From positions 4,352,001-4,416,000 of the forward strand of contig OZ240241.1 in assembly GCA_965198115.1 (NCBI GenBank): a DNA stretch of 64,000 nucleotides, written 5' to 3'. Each line of letters opens with the position of its first letter. Position 1 is the stretch's first letter. The DNA comes from Candidatus Latescibacterota bacterium. GTDB taxonomy: Bacteria; Latescibacterota; UBA2968. Below are positions 21,110-30,994 of the stretch, piece by piece. The notes under the pieces are model-generated. The model saw nothing but the letters and a program-made list of their open reading frames with translations, was not told the DNA's origin and searched no databases. The position numbers were made by a program, and so were the translations under genes.

Positions 21110-22617
21110 GCGCCCGCCCCCAGAATCCACGATCGAATCTCCAGGATCAGACCACGGTCCATTCGCGCGACGAGCAGGAAGTAGATCGATCCGCCGAGCG
21201 AGACCAGGAACAGCAGAAGATGAAGGGGGTCGATGGAGGACCCGACCACGCCAAATTGCGCGAACGCCACGACGATCCCCATGGCGCAGCTCATGAACAA
21301 GGGCTTCACGAGCATCGACACATACGCCCCGACCCCGAGCCCGATCAACCGTTTTAGAAGAAGCTGGCCCGCCAAAAACGCGCACCCGCTCGTCACCACG
21401 TAGGCGAGCGCGACCGCAGGCGGACCCCCCGAAGCGACTGCTGTAAACGCCGACGCATTGACCATAGCCAGAATCGCGTTCCACTTCAGCCCCAGGTCCG
21501 GGCGTCCTTTCGCCAGGAAGACGGAACCCAGGGGACTTCCCAGACTCTTGAACAGACCCACGGGGATGAGCAACTGAACAAGGGGGGCCGACGCGGACCA
21601 GCCTGGCCCCAGGAAGACCGGGACGAAGGTCGGGGCCGTCACGCCCAGACCGATGAGCGTCGGAAACCCGACAAGCCCGATCAACCGCGCGATCCAGATG
21701 TAGCCATCGCGCAGCACGGCGTTGTCGTTCTGCGCCCGGGAAAACACCGGGAAGGCCACACGCGTCAGAACCGGGCTTGCCTTCTGAATCGGCAGGATCA
21801 CTAGTTGATAGGCCGCGTAATAAATGCCGAGTGCGGCCGGACCCAGGTAGCTCCCGATGATCAGGTAATCCACGTTGGCCGCGAAGAAATTCACCGCCCG
21901 CTCGCCCGTCTGATACAACCCGAACGGCAGATAGCCCGAGAGATCCGATCGCCGGGCCCGCAAAGACGGGCGCCAGCTCGACCACACCGCAATCGACATT
22001 GCGAATGAGCGTGTCAACGCCCCGGCCAACAGCCCGAAAACGATGGCGTGGGCGTCGGCCCCGAACACGGCACACACGATCGTGACCGTCGATCCTACCG
22101 TCTGGATCCCCGACTCCAGGAGGGTCAGTCGCCGGAATCGCAACCCTCGCTGGAGAAGCGAGGCCGGGACGTGTCCCAGGGCGCCTGCCAGGAAGACCGG
22201 CGCAGCATCGCGGAGCAACACGCCCAGTTGCGGCGCCGCGACGGACGGGCCATCCCCGATCGAAAAGAGGGAGATCGACGACGGCAGCAGAACTCGGGCG
22301 ATCGAGGGAGCCAGCGCAAAGAAGACACCCGACAGAGCGGCACCCGTCCCCAGAACCAGCCAGAAGAGGCTGGAGATCGGACCGTCATCCCCATCCTGAC
22401 GTTGCACGATCGCGTGTGTGAGCCCCACGTCAGCGAAAGCCTGGGCAAAACCGACTGAAACGACGACCAGCCCCACGAGCCCGAAGGAAGCGGGGCTCAG
22501 GTAATGCGCGAGCACCGCCACCTGGACGAATTGGAGTGCAAGCGTGTAGACGGTCGTCGTACTCGACCATCGCGCCCCCGTTATCGCCGACCGCTTCAGA
22601 TCCAGACGCTCGCTCAC
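21106..22617 (-). CDS. wzx: Wzx/MOP-family polysaccharide flippase
   Basis: LAHYLSPASFGLVG...FADVGLTHAIVQ, NVDYLIIGSYLGPAALGIYYAAY, many TM segments. Confidence 0.9.
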   Translation of the reverse strand: MSERLDLKRSAITGARWSSTTTVYTLALQFVQVAVLAHYLSPASFGLVGLVVVSVGFAQAFADVGLTHAIVQRQDGDDGPISSLFWLVLGTGAALSGVFFALAPSIARVLLPSSISLFSIGDGPSVAAPQLGVLLRDAAPVFLAGALGHVPASLLQRGLRFRRLTLLESGIQTVGSTVTIVCAVFGADAHAIVFGLLAGALTRSFAMSIAVWSSWRPSLRARRSDLSGYLPFGLYQTGERAVNFFAANVDYLIIGSYLGPAALGIYYAAYQLVILPIQKASPVLTRVAFPVFSRAQNDNAVLRDGYIWIARLIGLVGFPTLIGLGVTAPTFVPVFLGPGWSASAPLVQLLIPVGLFKSLGSPLGSVFLAKGRPDLGLKWNAILAMVNASAFTAVASGGPPAVALAYVVTSGCAFLAGQLLLKRLIGLGVGAYVSMLVKPLFMSCAMGIVVAFAQFGVVGSSIDPLHLLLFLVSLGGSIYFLLVARMDRGLILEIRSWILGAGA

Positions 22618-22638
22618 GAATTCCTCACAACAGACCTA

Positions 22639-22767
22639 GCGGCGAAGCCGTCTCAAACTTCCGTCACTTGTCAATGGTCAAAGGTCACTGGTCACTCCGC
22701 CATCAGACACGCGGCGAAGCCATCCCAACTTTTGTCACCGGTCAATGGTCACTGGTCAATCCCCGCC
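22639..22767. repeat. Two imperfect direct repeat units containing 7-bp GGTCAnT arrays
   Basis: GCGGCGAAGCC...(nGTCAnn)5...CCGCC, then GCGGCGAAGCC...(nGTCAnn)4...CCGCC. Confidence 0.7.
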
Positions 22768-22795
22768 GTCAATCCCCCGCTCTCTGCCTCTGTCA

Positions 22796-24454
22796 TCAGT
22801 CTTCTGGCTTCCGCGCCACCATCAGATGGTTCCACGCATCCCCCTCGACGCGATGTAGGCCGTCGAGCCAGACGGAAACCGATTGAACCACCATCCAGAG
22901 CAGGGCAACGATCGGACGGACGGGGCCCCGGGCAAAGTGCTCCAGGTAGTAGCAGAAGCGCGCGCCCGTCGTGACCCAGTAACCGCCAAGGGGACACACG
23001 CGTTCGACGATCAGCCCTGCGCGTTCGGCCACGTACGTCAGCCCATACGGCGTGAATCGGAAGTAGTCGTGTGGCTCCTCGTGGATACCCCAAATAAGTG
23101 GCGCCGTGATGACGGCCCGCGCACCGGGCCTCATCACCCGAGCCATTTCGACCACGGCGTAGGCTGGTTCGGGAACGTGTTCCAGAACCTGATTCGAAAT
23201 CACCGTGTCGAACGAGTCCGAAACGAACGGCAAGGCCTTTCCGTCACCCTTCACCTCGGGGGGAAGGTCCGAGTAGCGACCCGGTTCACGCTCCAGCCCG
23301 ATGTAGTCCGTGACGCGCTCCTCGAACAGCGAGAGGTAGGGCCGCCGTCCACAACCGATGTCGAGCAGGCGCCCGTGAACCACGTCGCGCTCTGCCGCCA
23401 TCGCGCCGTGTGTCAGCCTCGTCACCAACCAGTTCTTCGAAAGCAAGCTCAATGGCCGGCCATCGATACCGTCGCCCTCCACGTCCACACGTCCAAGAAC
23501 GATCCCAAGTCCGATCATCGCCAGGACACATCCACCACCCAACACCCAGATGGAGAAGGCGGACAGATAGATCGTCCCCGTCGCCCCCAACGACAACAGG
23601 GCGCCGACGGCGCACAACAAAACGACGGCGCCCCGCACACCCATACCCGATGCGCAAAGCCTATGGGCAGGATGGTCGATCGACGGTCGCCACGGAACAC
23701 GCCCTTTGGCCGTCCGAACGACAATCAGAAAAATCGCCTCGAACATCGGCATACCCAGAATCAGGATGGGTGACACGACTCGTGAAGGGCCCGACAACCC
23801 GCCCACACACACCATCGCCAGCCCACCCAGATAGAAACCCACGAAGAGACTTCCCGTGTCGCCCGGGTAGATCCGCGCCGGGTGCCAGTTGTAGACCAGG
23901 AATCCGCCCAATGCGCCGGCCAATCCAACCGCCGGGAGCAGGAGGTCGGGAAGACCACCGACCCATCCAACCGCGAATAGACCCGCACACGCGACGATCC
24001 CGATACTCGACAGCAGCCCGTCCTCCATATCCAGCACATTGGTCGCGTGGGCCATCCAGACCAGCCAGAGCGTCGTCAACCCGCCGTCCAAAACGCCCGG
24101 CAGCAGGTCGAATCGCAGACCCAGCACCCAACCGTGCATCGCGGCCAGCGCCAGAAGAACCGTCTTGAGCACGGGTGACAGAGGACGGACGTCGTCGACG
24201 AAGCCGATCAAGGCAACCTCTGCGACGACGACAAGAAATCCCAGCGGAAGAGACGGGGCGAACAGCAGGTGGGCGACGAACATCGCGACGACGACGGCGA
24301 GGCCCCCCATGGCGGGAGGATCGGCGCGCGTTTCGGTCGGGGCGGAGAAGCGCTGCGCGGCCTTCCGAACCAGCGGTGTTAGGAGAAGAGAGAGGACGAA
24401 CGCGACGCCAAGGCTGGATGCCAGAATCGTGGCGCCGTGCGCAAGCGGCGGCAT
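22796..24454 (-). CDS. WecA/MraY-family polyprenyl-phosphate sugar-1-phosphate transferase fused to a class I SAM methyltransferase
   Basis: PAMGG, IGFVDD, ATNVLDMEDGL, YNWHPARIYPGDTGS, DHPAHRL; then LLDIGCG, LPFVSDSFDTVISNQVLEHV, IHEEPHDYFRFT. Confidence 0.85.
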   Translation of the reverse strand: MPPLAHGATILASSLGVAFVLSLLLTPLVRKAAQRFSAPTETRADPPAMGGLAVVVAMFVAHLLFAPSLPLGFLVVVAEVALIGFVDDVRPLSPVLKTVLLALAAMHGWVLGLRFDLLPGVLDGGLTTLWLVWMAHATNVLDMEDGLLSSIGIVACAGLFAVGWVGGLPDLLLPAVGLAGALGGFLVYNWHPARIYPGDTGSLFVGFYLGGLAMVCVGGLSGPSRVVSPILILGMPMFEAIFLIVVRTAKGRVPWRPSIDHPAHRLCASGMGVRGAVVLLCAVGALLSLGATGTIYLSAFSIWVLGGGCVLAMIGLGIVLGRVDVEGDGIDGRPLSLLSKNWLVTRLTHGAMAAERDVVHGRLLDIGCGRRPYLSLFEERVTDYIGLEREPGRYSDLPPEVKGDGKALPFVSDSFDTVISNQVLEHVPEPAYAVVEMARVMRPGARAVITAPLIWGIHEEPHDYFRFTPYGLTYVAERAGLIVERVCPLGGYWVTTGARFCYYLEHFARGPVRPIVALLWMVVQSVSVWLDGLHRVEGDAWNHLMVARKPED

Positions 24455-25590
24455 CACGAACCCGATTGGGCCTCGTGTGGAAGGAACGATCGGACGGACT
24501 CGATCACGTGGTCGATGTCTTCGGTCCGCATGCCCGGGTGCATTGGAAGGGTGACGATGTCTTGCCACACCCGTTCGGTCACGGGCAACTCGCTTCGATA
24601 CGGTTCGTAGACCGTGTAGAGATGATTGGGCTTGTAGTGGACGCCAGCGTCGATTTCTTGTTCGGCCAAATGTTCGATCAGTCCGTCGCGGTCCTTTGCT
24701 CGGGCCACGAACATGTGGTGGGCGCTCCGCGCATAGTCCTTTTCACGCGGCATCTCGATCCACGAAAGGTCGGCAAAAGCCTTACGATATTGAGCCGCGA
24801 TTTCCCGCCGCGCGGTGTTCAGCGATTCGAGTTTAGCCAGCTGAATCAGACCGATGGCCGCCGTCAGATCGTTCATGTGGAACTTGTAGCCGACCTCCTC
24901 GATGTCGTATTCCCACGCGCGTGCACGCCCGTTCCGCCGGAACCGATCATACGTTCCACGCGTGATTCCCATCCATCTGAGATTCTTCAACCGCGTGGCG
25001 ATTCCTTCATCGTCCGTCGTGAGCATGCCGCCGTCGCCCGTCGTCATATTTTTCAGCGCCTGAAAGCTGAAGCACCCGACCGTCCCCAGGCTGCCGGCCA
25101 TCCGACCCTTGTAGCGGCTGCCGGCGGCGTGCGCGGCGTCCTCCACGATCGGGATGTTTCGTGCATTCGCGATCTCGGCGATCGGATCCATGTCGCACGG
25201 GTGGCCACTGTGGTGCATCACGACAATCGCCGCCGTCCGATCGGAGACCCTGGCTTCCACCGATTCGGGCGAAACGTTCAGCGTATCGGCATCGATGTCG
25301 CAAAAGACCGGGATCCCGTCGTTCTGAAGGATCGCGTGATTGGTCGACACGAACGTCATCGGTGTCGTGATCACCTCTCGACCGGCGACCTCCAATACCT
25401 TCATCGAAAGGAAGAGCGCCGAAGAGCACGAATTCAGACTCACGGCGAATCGAGTACCCAAGTATTCGGCAAAAGCTTTCTCGAAGGCTTCGACCTTGGT
25501 GCCGGGCCCGACCCAACCCGACTCCAGGACCTCGCGAATCGCTTCGACTTCCTCATCTCCGAAAAAGGGACGTAGAACAGGAATACTCAT
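24454..25590 (-). CDS. DegT/DnrJ/EryC1/StrS PLP-dependent sugar aminotransferase
   Basis: VLESGW..GTKVEAFE, IVEDAAHA, CFSFQALKNMTTGDGG, GYKFHMND. Confidence 0.93.
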   Translation of the reverse strand: MSIPVLRPFFGDEEVEAIREVLESGWVGPGTKVEAFEKAFAEYLGTRFAVSLNSCSSALFLSMKVLEVAGREVITTPMTFVSTNHAILQNDGIPVFCDIDADTLNVSPESVEARVSDRTAAIVVMHHSGHPCDMDPIAEIANARNIPIVEDAAHAAGSRYKGRMAGSLGTVGCFSFQALKNMTTGDGGMLTTDDEGIATRLKNLRWMGITRGTYDRFRRNGRARAWEYDIEEVGYKFHMNDLTAAIGLIQLAKLESLNTARREIAAQYRKAFADLSWIEMPREKDYARSAHHMFVARAKDRDGLIEHLAEQEIDAGVHYKPNHLYTVYEPYRSELPVTERVWQDIVTLPMHPGMRTEDIDHVIESVRSFLPHEAQSGS

Positions 25591-25599
25591 GGGATTCTC

Positions 25600-26571
25600 T
25601 CAGGTGGGCACCGGGCCGTCAGGCGGATACGCCCCGCTGAAATCATTCAGGAACGTCTTCCAGTAAGCCCGCAGCCGAACGGCCGCCTCCCGACGGTGGC
25701 TGGCGGAAAACACGAAAACGGCGCCCCACAGGCACGACCTCAGAGCCATCTCGAGGGGCGTCATAAAAACGAGAAGACTCGCCAGAATGACCCCTATGTG
25801 TTTTCTCGTGAAATAGCGGTAGCTGACCTCACTCGCCAGCAACATGTGCTCGAGCGCCTGCCGGGAACTCTCGCCCCCCACGTGCCGACCCGACGCCTCC
25901 GGCAGGAAGCAGACGCTCCAACCGGCCTTGCCCAGACGCTCGCAGAGATCGAGATCCTCAAAATACATAAAAATGGCCTCGTCGAATCCGCCAACCGACT
26001 CCAGAGCGGATCGCCGGGCCACCGTGCACGCCCCCGTCACCCACGCCACTTTTGTGGGTTCGGCAGGCCGTAACAGGCGGAAGTTAAAGAACGGAAATAC
26101 CAGATGCAAAAGGAATTTACGTCCAATCGCATCCCACAGACCAGGGCGAAGTCCGCACGATCCCGGCTCTTCCCCTGTCGAATCCAGGAGCCGTGGACCG
26201 ACCAGCCCGCAGTCCGACTCCGATGCCAGAAAGGCAGCCATCCGGCCGATCGCATCGGGCTCCACCTCCACATCGGGGTTCAGGATGGCCACATACTCCG
26301 ATCTGGCTTCCCGAAACCCACGATTCGCACCTCCCCCGTAGCCCAGGTTCGAACCCGTCTGGATCACCCGCACACGCTCCGAATCCTCGATAGAAGAGAC
26401 GCTGTCATCGGACGAGGCATTGTCTACGACGAGAATCTCCGCAATCGATGCATTTCCGCTGTTCTGGATGGCCTCGACGGACCGTCGAAGGTGCGAGCCA
26501 CCGTTCCAGTTGACGATCACGACTGACACGGTCACCGATGGAGCGTTCATCAGGGGCTCGAGGGCCGTCAC
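25600..26571 (-). CDS. Glycosyltransferase family 2 (WbbL-like)
   Basis: VSVVIVNWN, VVDNASSD, NLGYGGGANRG, LNPD, WVTGAC, GGFDEAIFMYFEDLDLC; GTGA overlap, alternative ATG at 26550. Confidence 0.88.
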   Translation of the reverse strand: MTALEPLMNAPSVTVSVVIVNWNGGSHLRRSVEAIQNSGNASIAEILVVDNASSDDSVSSIEDSERVRVIQTGSNLGYGGGANRGFREARSEYVAILNPDVEVEPDAIGRMAAFLASESDCGLVGPRLLDSTGEEPGSCGLRPGLWDAIGRKFLLHLVFPFFNFRLLRPAEPTKVAWVTGACTVARRSALESVGGFDEAIFMYFEDLDLCERLGKAGWSVCFLPEASGRHVGGESSRQALEHMLLASEVSYRYFTRKHIGVILASLLVFMTPLEMALRSCLWGAVFVFSASHRREAAVRLRAYWKTFLNDFSGAYPPDGPVPT

Positions 26572-27986
26572 GCCTTGGCCTCCTCGACGTCCGACTGCTC
26601 CGCGACCAGTCGACCGACGATCGACAGAAACACAGCGTGGATGAAAACGATTCGATTCGTAACCATCGTCGCATCGGCCATTCCGTAGACCAGAAGCCCA
26701 CAGTAGACGGTAATGAACGAAGCCAGGAGCAGACGATGGTCCGCCGAGACGTCCTGGCGAAAACGTCGGAGCGCAAGCCAGAGCGCTTTCCCGTAGAGCC
26801 ACAGGAAGACGCCGATCCCGATCACCCCCATCCGCAGTCCGAGCGTCAGGTAGAGGTTGTCGACCGCTCCGGTAGTTAGAATGTGCGGCACGGCCGCGTC
26901 CAGAATCGGAATCGATACCGTGGCTCCGTGGCCGCCTCCTAGAAGCGGTCGTTCCTGCATGGCCTCGAGAACCAGCCCGTAGGAGATCAGACGCGAGGAA
27001 ATCGTCCAATCTTCCTGATTGACCGCCCGCTCGACCTTGCGATAGGCTGCTCCCGACACACCTGCACTCGTGACCGTCTCGAAGACGACGCCCATGCCCA
27101 GAATCAGGGCCGGCATCGCGACGAGCAGGACGAACCGTCTGGTTCTCCCCCGCCGACCTCGGTCCAGTACGACGAGGAGTGCGAGGGCCGCAAGTCCGGC
27201 CGCCGTTCCGATCCACATACCACGTCCAACGGTCAGCACGAGCGCTAGAGCCAGAGGTATCAGAGCGATTCCGCTCAGCACGCGCCGATGTGTGCGTGGC
27301 TCGAACATCCACACCGTCGCGACCAGCAGCGTCCCGATCGGGAGCATCAGCCCCTCGATGCGCGCGATTCGCACGAAGGAGCCCGAGATCGAAAGGTTCA
27401 CGACACCCAAAAATTCGAACAGATACTCGACGCCGACGATCGCCGACGTGCCCACCAGAAGCGGCACCCAGTCGGAAAAACGACGTGCGTCTAAAAAACC
27501 CGTACCCACGTAGAACAATCCGAAGTAGAGCGGGTAGCGGACGTTTCGTAGCATGTGGGACGTCGACTGACCGTAGGCCAATCCCAACCCGCAGGATAAG
27601 ATCACCAGCACGAGAAACACGGCGACGGGGAAGTCGAGCGGAGTCCGGAAACCTGAACGACGTCCTGAGATCCAGCTGATCGTCGCCAGGATGACGATCA
27701 GGACGTAAAGCGCCTCCACGAAATGGACGTTCTCGGGAAGTCGAAGATACTCGTCGAAAAACGCGCTCGGAAGAATCACCGGGATCGTACACAGGTAGAA
27801 GAGAGCGGTCGTCAGCGACCCAAACACGGCCGCGAACGAGAAAACCGCGAGAACGACGATCGGGGGTCCGATCCATCCGAACTTCAGAACGGGCAGCACG
27901 ATCAACGTCACGTGCGCGGCACACACGGCCGCGAGCAGCCGCCGACTTCCGGGGTGGAGCAGAACGTTCGCGTAGCCCTCGCTCAC
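26568..27986 (-). CDS. O-antigen ligase/polymerase (Wzy_C/WaaL-like) membrane protein
   Basis: LVLTVGRGMWIG, SSRL...ERPLLGGGHG, DNLYLTLGLRMGVIG. Confidence 0.82.
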   Translation of the reverse strand: MSEGYANVLLHPGSRRLLAAVCAAHVTLIVLPVLKFGWIGPPIVVLAVFSFAAVFGSLTTALFYLCTIPVILPSAFFDEYLRLPENVHFVEALYVLIVILATISWISGRRSGFRTPLDFPVAVFLVLVILSCGLGLAYGQSTSHMLRNVRYPLYFGLFYVGTGFLDARRFSDWVPLLVGTSAIVGVEYLFEFLGVVNLSISGSFVRIARIEGLMLPIGTLLVATVWMFEPRTHRRVLSGIALIPLALALVLTVGRGMWIGTAAGLAALALLVVLDRGRRGRTRRFVLLVAMPALILGMGVVFETVTSAGVSGAAYRKVERAVNQEDWTISSRLISYGLVLEAMQERPLLGGGHGATVSIPILDAAVPHILTTGAVDNLYLTLGLRMGVIGIGVFLWLYGKALWLALRRFRQDVSADHRLLLASFITVYCGLLVYGMADATMVTNRIVFIHAVFLSIVGRLVAEQSDVEEAKA

Positions 27987-29593
27987 TTTCCGGCTCCCAG
28001 CGCTTCTGGCTTTTCCGACCCGACGATCGCCCGCATTCGCTCGTAGTACGGACTTCTCTTCCGAAGGGCGATGCCAAAGTGTGTGCCGATCGTATCCGGT
28101 CCAAAGACCGCGTAGTTCTCGTACAACCGTCCATCTGCCTCGAGCGCGCGATTCATCGCCCGGTAATGGGGGTGTGGAAGGTAAATCAGATCGGGATCCC
28201 GTTCGAAAAGGCGATCCGCGCTGAAGCCCTCGAGCGCGAAGGTCCTGTCATTCAGCCCCGCCATATCGACAATCCGCTTGTTCGGATTGAGAGCCACCAG
28301 CAAACCGATCTCCGTCGCAGCGATCACCAAATCGTCTGGAAGTTTCGAAAAGTGATCCAGCGCGAACCACCGTTCCGTCAGCGAGGTCGTCCGATAAGTG
28401 AAGACGAGGTCGAACGTTCCGACCTCTCCCGACCGGATCCCTTTCCGCAGCGCTTTGGCCGAAGCCACCGCCGTCGGCGAAAGGACCGCGATCACCAGAC
28501 ACATCGCCACAACAGGCAGACGGCCACGGACGCCCAGCAGGGCGTCCTCCACACGCATCGGCAGTCTTGCAACCGCTCCGGCACACAGGAAGATCAGGGC
28601 GGGCACAACCGGATGGAAAAAACGCTCCTTGTAGGGCATGATCGGCAGCGTCATAAACAGATGGTAGAACAGATAAAGCACCGTCGCCCCCATCACGCCG
28701 CGTTCGACGGCCATCTCCCGCCCCTTCCAGCGCGACCCGAAGAGACACAGATCGACCGCGATCGGCACGATCAGAAGCCAGTAGCCACTCACGAAGTCAA
28801 TGAACTCTGCGAACGCGACGTGCCCGTATTCCGCCGCAAAGCCCGCTCCGTATCCGTTGACGCTTTTGGCATAAAACGACAGCGGCAACGGCGTGCCCAA
28901 AAGACGCCAGGCCAAAAATGCATGAAGCACGTAGATGCCGATCGTGCCGATCAGGACATTCCGCCACCGCCCGGCCATCTCGACCGACCCGAAAACCACC
29001 GCAGAGAGAGGCACCAGGACTGTGAAAAGACCGAGCTCGGGACGAACGGCCAGCGCGGCACCACCCACGACGGCTGTGAGCCACACCCCCACGCCAACCC
29101 GCTCGCTCTTCATCATCCGGGTGGCCAGGAGAAACGCCGCCAGGTAAGCCATGGCCAGCGTCGTGTCCATCCCCGTCGTAAAATGGGCGGCCAGCGAATC
29201 GGACCACACTGCCAGCCCGGTCAGCGTCACGACCACGGGCGCGACGCCGCATCGCCCTGCGTGTTCGTAGGCCAGCCACGACGCAGCCACCAGAAACAGA
29301 ACACCACAGAACAGGCTCGTCAGCTGAACGGCTAAGGCGGGTGTCCCGACGAACATCCGAAACAGCATCACGACGCCGACGTAAGCGAGAGAGGTCGGCC
29401 CGTAGACAGGTTCCCCGCCTCGATTCCAGACCATCCCCTCTCCGGCCAGAACGTGATCCGCATAGCGCAGGAACATAAGACTGTCGTCCAGGGCGTAACG
29501 CGCCGCCCACTGCGTGCCCACAGCCATCACCAAAACCAGAAAGGGCAGCACGAGACAGACCGTCGCTGACACACGATGGATCGTACGGTTCAC
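27983..29593 (-). CDS. GT-C-fold membrane glycosyltransferase (AftB/arabinofuranosyltransferase-like)
   Basis: DDSLMFLRYADHVLAGEGMVWN.GGEPVYGPTS, GMDT, VRPE, PLPLSFYAK, IVDMAGLND; GTGA overlap. Confidence 0.7.
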   Translation of the reverse strand: MNRTIHRVSATVCLVLPFLVLVMAVGTQWAARYALDDSLMFLRYADHVLAGEGMVWNRGGEPVYGPTSLAYVGVVMLFRMFVGTPALAVQLTSLFCGVLFLVAASWLAYEHAGRCGVAPVVVTLTGLAVWSDSLAAHFTTGMDTTLAMAYLAAFLLATRMMKSERVGVGVWLTAVVGGAALAVRPELGLFTVLVPLSAVVFGSVEMAGRWRNVLIGTIGIYVLHAFLAWRLLGTPLPLSFYAKSVNGYGAGFAAEYGHVAFAEFIDFVSGYWLLIVPIAVDLCLFGSRWKGREMAVERGVMGATVLYLFYHLFMTLPIMPYKERFFHPVVPALIFLCAGAVARLPMRVEDALLGVRGRLPVVAMCLVIAVLSPTAVASAKALRKGIRSGEVGTFDLVFTYRTTSLTERWFALDHFSKLPDDLVIAATEIGLLVALNPNKRIVDMAGLNDRTFALEGFSADRLFERDPDLIYLPHPHYRAMNRALEADGRLYENYAVFGPDTIGTHFGIALRKRSPYYERMRAIVGSEKPEALGAGK

Positions 29594-30798
29594 GCTCGAG
29601 CATCTCCGTCGGCGAGTTCGTGCCATCGTGTTCGGATCCTGGCCCACAGAGACGTGGCGACTCTGATCCCACGATCGCCGGCGGGCACGAGCAAGGCCAC
29701 ATCGACCGGCAGCCGGAATCGTGCCTCAGCATACAACACCGCGTGGACGATCGAGAACGCCACCGCCATCGTCAGTGCGAGCCACCCGATCGGTGCCCGC
29801 CGATGACCGATCGCGCCCACGAGACCCAGCACCACAACGGGCACGACCACCGCGAGCGCGAGCAAGTTCGCGCCACGACTGCTTCCCGCGGGAAAAGGGT
29901 TCCACAGATGGAAAAGCTTCTGCAAACCCAGGCGGAGCGATCGTAGCGGGTCCTCGAACATCCATCCGGCGACCCGAGAAAAAACCTGTCGGTCTCGATC
30001 CACGTAGTTTTCCGTATCGTCCGACAGCCGGACGAATAGACCCAGGTAGTTCTGCGCCTCGCTGTATCGCCCATTCGCCTGAGATTCGTGCCCGATCAGC
30101 AGGTCCAACCCCGCCCTTTGGGCGACCGGAACCAGCCGATCCGTCACGATGTGGTTTCGAATCGTCCAGGGAAGAATGACCAGCAGCATCGCACACACCA
30201 CTTTGGACAACGGACCCCAGATTGGCCGACCACATCGGTGGATCAGCATTCCCAGCACGAGCGGCACCCACGCCAGAACGACCTGGGAGCACAGCACGGC
30301 AAGACCCAGAGAGGCACCCAGGGCGAACCCTCTACCGTGAGTGGGACGTTCCACGAACGTCACAGCGAGCAGAACGGAAATCGCCACGAGCAGGACGAGC
30401 AACGTGTCCGACGTCAGCATCCCCGCCTGAAAAACGAACAGGGGGTGGGCGGCGCAAAACGTCGCGGCCACCAGACCCGCGCGCTCACCCAGGCTGCGCT
30501 GACCGATCGAGAAAGCGATCAGACACGTCACACTACCCAGAATCGCCTGAACGATGCGGATGGCCATCGCACTCGTCCCCGACGCCAAATAGACCGCAGC
30601 CATCAGAAACGGATACAGCGGCGGGCGAGGGCCGATGTTGTCTGGCGTGAGCAGCCCCGAAGACTCGAAAACGAGCGCCGCATTCTCCCATTCGGCCTCT
30701 TCGGCTACACCCGGCCATCGGTCGCGATCGATTCCGACCACGACACGCACGGTCAGCGCAAACAGAAAAATGACGGCAAGGTTGCGGGAAAGGTGCAT
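29590..30798 (-). CDS. ArnT/PMT-like (GT39/GT83) membrane glycosyltransferase
   Basis: RPPLYPFLMA, IRIVQAILG, LTSDTL, ILPWTIRN, RFRLP. Confidence 0.75.
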   Translation of the reverse strand: MHLSRNLAVIFLFALTVRVVVGIDRDRWPGVAEEAEWENAALVFESSGLLTPDNIGPRPPLYPFLMAAVYLASGTSAMAIRIVQAILGSVTCLIAFSIGQRSLGERAGLVAATFCAAHPLFVFQAGMLTSDTLLVLLVAISVLLAVTFVERPTHGRGFALGASLGLAVLCSQVVLAWVPLVLGMLIHRCGRPIWGPLSKVVCAMLLVILPWTIRNHIVTDRLVPVAQRAGLDLLIGHESQANGRYSEAQNYLGLFVRLSDDTENYVDRDRQVFSRVAGWMFEDPLRSLRLGLQKLFHLWNPFPAGSSRGANLLALAVVVPVVVLGLVGAIGHRRAPIGWLALTMAVAFSIVHAVLYAEARFRLPVDVALLVPAGDRGIRVATSLWARIRTRWHELADGDARA

Positions 30799-30965
30799 CG
30801 GGACAGGCTCTTCCTCGTCGGAACACACTGTGTTTTCCACACTTACAGCACTCGTCCGAAAATACGGTTCCACAGAGCTCCGCCAAAGGGAATTATTCGG
30901 GAGCACGCCGAATCGATCCCCTCCGTCGCGGAGCACGGCGATCGTGCGATTCCAGAACAGACAGC

Positions 30966-30994
30966 TTGACTTGCCGACATAGGCCCGCTACCTT
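30966..30994 (+). promoter_or_regulatory. Putative sigma70 promoter of the BMC operon
   Basis: TTGACT-17 nt-TACCTT. Confidence 0.55.

Noticed and set aside
19997-22075. 692-aa ORF
   Set aside because: The upstream part overlaps wzx off-frame; GT4 starts at 21109
22639-22767. Mini CRISPR array
   Set aside because: Only two degenerate units, no unique spacers, no cas genes
25600-28134. 844-aa ORF suggesting a large GT2 fusion
   Set aside because: The N-terminal part is an Arg-rich off-frame overlap of the Wzy-like gene; the real gene starts at about 26571
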